Positions 60,310-64,000 of a stretch of DNA of 64,000 nucleotides are shown in pieces. This DNA is from Podarcis liolepis (Eukaryota). The notes under the pieces were generated by a model that saw nothing but the letters and a program-made list of their open reading frames with translations, did no database searches and had not been told where the DNA came from. The translations under genes and the position numbers were made by a program. The stretch lies in the NCBI GenBank assembly GCA_965112155.1, contig OZ218098.1; one strand, 5' to 3'. The stretch's first letter is position 1; each line of letters begins with the position of its first letter.

Positions 60310-60894
60310 CAAAACATTTGTTATTTCATTTTAAAAAAAGCACCTTATCTACGTCACCTTTGCTTCAGACTTGTTTCTTCTTTTGTCAATAGTATGTAAA
60401 ATGCTTCAAAGATTTGTCAGATTTTATCTGTTGCTCGTAATGAATTTTGCCTCTACAACTCTGAAGACCCAAAGTAATTTGTATCTCACAGTAAGATACA
60501 GTAATAGCTTTAACAGTGTAGACCAGAATTGAGGGGAAGTTGCTACATGATTACAGTATAGGGCCTCTCCCCTACTCAGATCCCTTCTATTTCTGCCTAG
60601 CAGGTAATATTCCTTTTCAGTTCAGGATACTTTAAATATACAGCAAGGGGATACATACAGCAAGACAGAAATTCCACTCCCTGCCTTCCACTGTCATTTG
60701 GTTAGTTCATAACCTCTGGTTCAGAGATTTTCTAGCAAGACTTCTCAATAAACCGTTCAGAAGCTTCCTCCATGAGATCAATACCAACAGACAAATTTAA
60801 CTGAAAGTGAAAAGGCCATAGAGTTCAGTAGGTGATACAGCACATGCCGTGCAGGCAAGAGTCCCAGGTTCAGTTCTTGGACCTTCTCCAAAAG

Positions 60895-61031
60895 CAGGCA
60901 TGGGGAACCCTTGGCCCTCCAGATGCTGCTGAACTACAATGCCCAGCAACCCTGGCCGTTGGCCAACTTGCTGGGGCTGATGGGATTTGTAGTGCAGCAA
61001 CATCTGGAGGACCAAAGGTTCCTTGCTGCTG
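60895..61031. mobile_element. palindromic hAT-like MITE inserted in a tRNA-derived SINE (~60815-61160)
   Basis: cctccagatg...actaca / tgtagt...catctggagg inverted arms; tRNA-like head upstream. Confidence 0.6.
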
Positions 61032-61762
61032 TCCTGAAAATATCAGGCAATGGGTGATGGGGGAAGAGCCTCTTGCAAAGCGCTAGTGCTTAGTCAGTGT
61101 AGTGGATTGTGCTAGGTGGCTGGAGAGTCTGACTTGGTAGAAAGCAGATTCCTATCTTCTGAAATGCAGCTTTCCCATCGCTCCCAACTTCCCTACCCCA
61201 AAGCTAAATTTGGGAGGAGTGGCATCGTCTGAACCAAAAGGGTCCCGCTAGTGCTCAGCATATGTATGCGCACACCCTATAATATCCTCTACAACACAGG
61301 GTTTCCATGATGGCCTGGCTGAATTCTACAGTAGTCTTTTGATATGGAAAGTCAAGGCAGAAAGTTTGAAAACCACTGTCCTAGTTATGCAGGGCCTAAT
61401 AAGGAAATGTGTGTTGGCTTCCCCTGGAGCCCTACAGTACTTACATCACTTTAAACATATTATTTCCTGGCCACATATATGGCATTTTGCCGGCTTCTCC
61501 TCCGCAGGAAAAATTGGTCTCCTGCCCCAGGGTGGAGAGCGGTTTCTGTTGTATGGCGGCGCTGGTCTCACTTGGGCGAGGATGATAAACAGTAGTTGCT
61601 CTTCCTCCTTCTGGCCCTAGGTGAATGAGCTGGTGTGAACAATTCTGAATTATAGTGAATTCAGATCTGGAGTAGGAGTGGGTAGACTTTGTTAACTTTG
61701 TGGCCCCTTTCTGTCGCTTAGTCTGTGCATATATGGGTGTAGGATCAGAAGCCTAACTACAT

Positions 61763-61967
61763 TAGGACTGCCATATTTCAAACAGTGAAAATCCGGACAG
61801 AAAAGTTGTTGAGCTTTTGTTGCTGTTTGGCCAAAGTTGTTGAGCTTTTTGGGCTGCCACCAAACATCCGGATTTTCCTGGACATTTACCCAATTTCCAC
61901 CTCGACACTGCTGCCGACTGCAGTATTTCATATATCTTCAGGAAAATCCAGATATATGGCAACTCTA
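61763..61967. mobile_element. hAT-type MITE (TAGGGTTGCCA-like TIR)
   Basis: TAGGACTGCCATAT / ATATGGCAACTCTA; TSD AACTACAT / AACTTCAT. Confidence 0.75.
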
Positions 61968-62495
61968 AACTTCATTAAACTTTTCTTGTTGTATTCAGAT
62001 AAAATGTTCGTTGAAGCAATATTATTTTTTGGTTTTCCTGCTGGAGCAACAGACATTTACTATACTGTGTAGTGGCCTGCTGATGAAAAACAGAGCTGCA
62101 AGAGCAAAGGTAGGGGAGAGTAATAATTCCAAGGACTGGAATGTAAATGCCTCACAGAATCCTCCTTGGAAACGTACACTGGAATTATCCATGCTAAGTC
62201 TCCCAAATGTGTGTGCTGCTCTGATCTCAAAGTCAGAAATAGGCCTCTATTTTCAGTATTATTGATATAAACAAAAGCAGGGGAAATACATGCACTTGGA
62301 AGATGTGAAGCAGTAGGTCACAGTGGAGTCCTGTGGTACCTTTCAGGTTAATTTATTAGTGCAGGATTTTTTATAAGCCAGCAAACAGGCTTGCATCTGC
62401 TGAAAGGGTAAGGTCTGGCTTACCAGAAGTAATGATGCCATTCATGAAGTACTGTGAAATCCTATCCATGTTTACTTGAAAGTAAATCCCACTGT

Positions 62496-62568
62496 TCTGG
62501 TCTGCTCTGGTCCATAGGGTCACGAAGAGTTGGACACGACTAAACGACTAAACAACAACAACAACAAA
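62496..62568 (+). mobile_element. ultra-short BovB-type LINE 3' end
   Basis: ggtcacgaagagttggacacgactaaacgactaaac(aac)n; perfect TSD AAATCCCACTGT at 62484 and 62569. Confidence 0.85.
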
Positions 62569-62779
62569 AAATCCCACTGTATCTCATGTAAATGGGTGCA
62601 CAGAATTGCTGTTTTACTCTTTTAAGGCATCTGAGAATACTCTTTTTGCTTTGAAACTGAACAGTGTTTTAAAATGAAATCCTCTTGCAATGTGTAACTT
62701 GTGGTTGGGGAGTTAGAAAACAGTTCAGAAATCGTTAAGATGACTTTAAGGACACTGCCGTAACTGCAGCTTTCAAAGC

Positions 62780-63012
62780 TAGATTCAGGTAGGTGTTGGT
62801 CTGACGCAGTCGAAATATATATTAAAAAAAATAAAGAAATTGTTCAGTAGTACCTTAGAGACCAACTAAGTTTGTTCTTGGTACAGTATAAGCTTTTGTG
62901 TGCATGCACGGTATCTGAAGAAGTGTGCATGCACACGAAAGCTTATACCAAGAACAAACTTAGTTGGTCTCTGAGGTGCTACTGGACAATTTCTTATTTT
63001 TTTAATATATTT
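62780..63012. mobile_element. Penelope-like element terminal remnant arranged as an inverted repeat
   Basis: Arms of ~90 bp (62813-62909 vs 62925-63012); ccttagagaccaac / gttggtctctgagg; contains a hammerhead core. Confidence 0.75.
62910..62949 (+). ncRNA. minimal type I hammerhead ribozyme
   Basis: GGTAT-CTGAAGA-A-GTGTGC-AT-GCACAC-GAAA-GC-TT-ATACC: core boxes, stem I, stem II and palindromic AGCT stem III all present. Confidence 0.8.
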
Positions 63013-64000
63013 TGAGCTTTCAAAGCATTTTATATTATTCTTGAACAAAACAAGGTGCTGACGGTTTGTATCACCTTTCCTGAATACAAAATGACCTCAT
63101 CTGATTATATTCACAAGTGTTTCTCCCTTACTATAAGGATTTTAAAAACTGCTCTTTAAAGGAAAAATAGTGACTTAAAATCACAAAGAATCACCCAGCC
63201 TTGCTCCAGGAAGCTTCTGCAGCTGTTTTAAGTAGAGATCTTTGTATGCAGGTGTACATTGGGTTTGAATCTCATTCCATTCAAAGTACAGGCAATGATG
63301 AGACAAACAAACAGGAAAGATGATTTCATAGGACATAGTTATGGGTTCATTCTGTGGTAGAGGTTCTTTACCTTTTTTGGGATCACAGACCCCTTCAAGA
63401 ATCTGAAGAAAGCTGTGCACATAAACACACACAAAGTTTTGCATACAATTTATGTATGCATCGGAAAAATCTTGTATGTGTGTGCCGAGTTTATGGATCC
63501 TCTGAAGCCCATTCATGCATCCCAGATTAATAAACCCTCATTTTATGGCCAAAAACAGGGACTGCAACACCAGGTTCACAAGAACCTTCCTGGAGAGACT
63601 TGACTGGTTGAGATGGAGCAATGCATCACTCTTCACATTCTTTTGATGAATATAGTAACACCAAACAAACAGGGCTTCTATAGATTGTAATTTTTATATT
63701 GTTATACAGTACAGGAAAAATGAAAAGGGATTAAAAAAATAGCTCTTATGGTATTTACTTCCAATATGCATATTTTTTTTTGTAGATATTAGAATTCAGA
63801 TGCTAATGTCTCTAGGGATCTTCTTAGCTAGAATTGAACTTTGCAGCAGCACAGCACCTAAGTTGATTAGTAGCTAAAGGGGCCATGACTCTTGTTAATA
63901 CAGAGCCATTGTGACATCAGAGTAGATCAGCCAATGACACTGAGAGGGAGGCAACCTTTGAGGGGAGCAGCAGAGAGAAAGGGGGGGGAGCACAATTTGG

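Noticed and set aside
53500-64000. Exons of a downstream neighbouring gene
   Set aside because: No ORF with recognisable protein similarity or consistent splice pattern; the region is dominated by repeat fragments.

Overview
This is vertebrate genomic DNA, not prokaryotic. The repeats (Sauria SINE with ACCTTT tail, BovB 3' ends, CR1/L2, Penelope, hAT and Tc1/mariner MITEs) point to a squamate reptile, probably a lacertid lizard (inference). The window holds one complete + strand gene, KDM2A (FBXL11/JHDM1A, H3K36me2 demethylase). It has a CpG-island promoter at ~270-1000, putative non-coding 5' exons, and 20 GT-AG coding exons from ATG 3303 to TAG 50873. These join into 3489 nt = 1162 aa (JmjC, CXXC, PHD, F-box, LRR), followed by a ~2.5 kb 3'UTR. 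About 10.5 kb of repeat-rich intergenic DNA follows, with no recognisable gene. Most notable extras: (1) a second CpG-island promoter and exon 1b in the intron after coding exon 11, which would yield a JmjC-less short isoform; (2) a mariner-type MITE in the same intron carrying seven tandem 89-bp units, each a ~70-nt near-perfect hairpin; (3) a candidate 65-nt poison exon inside the JmjC region behind a TACTAAC/QKI motif; (4) an intact minimal hammerhead ribozyme core in a Penelope inverted repeat at ~62.9 kb; (5) twin uORF/YY1 units in the leader. Most ORFs in the supplied track are spurious.
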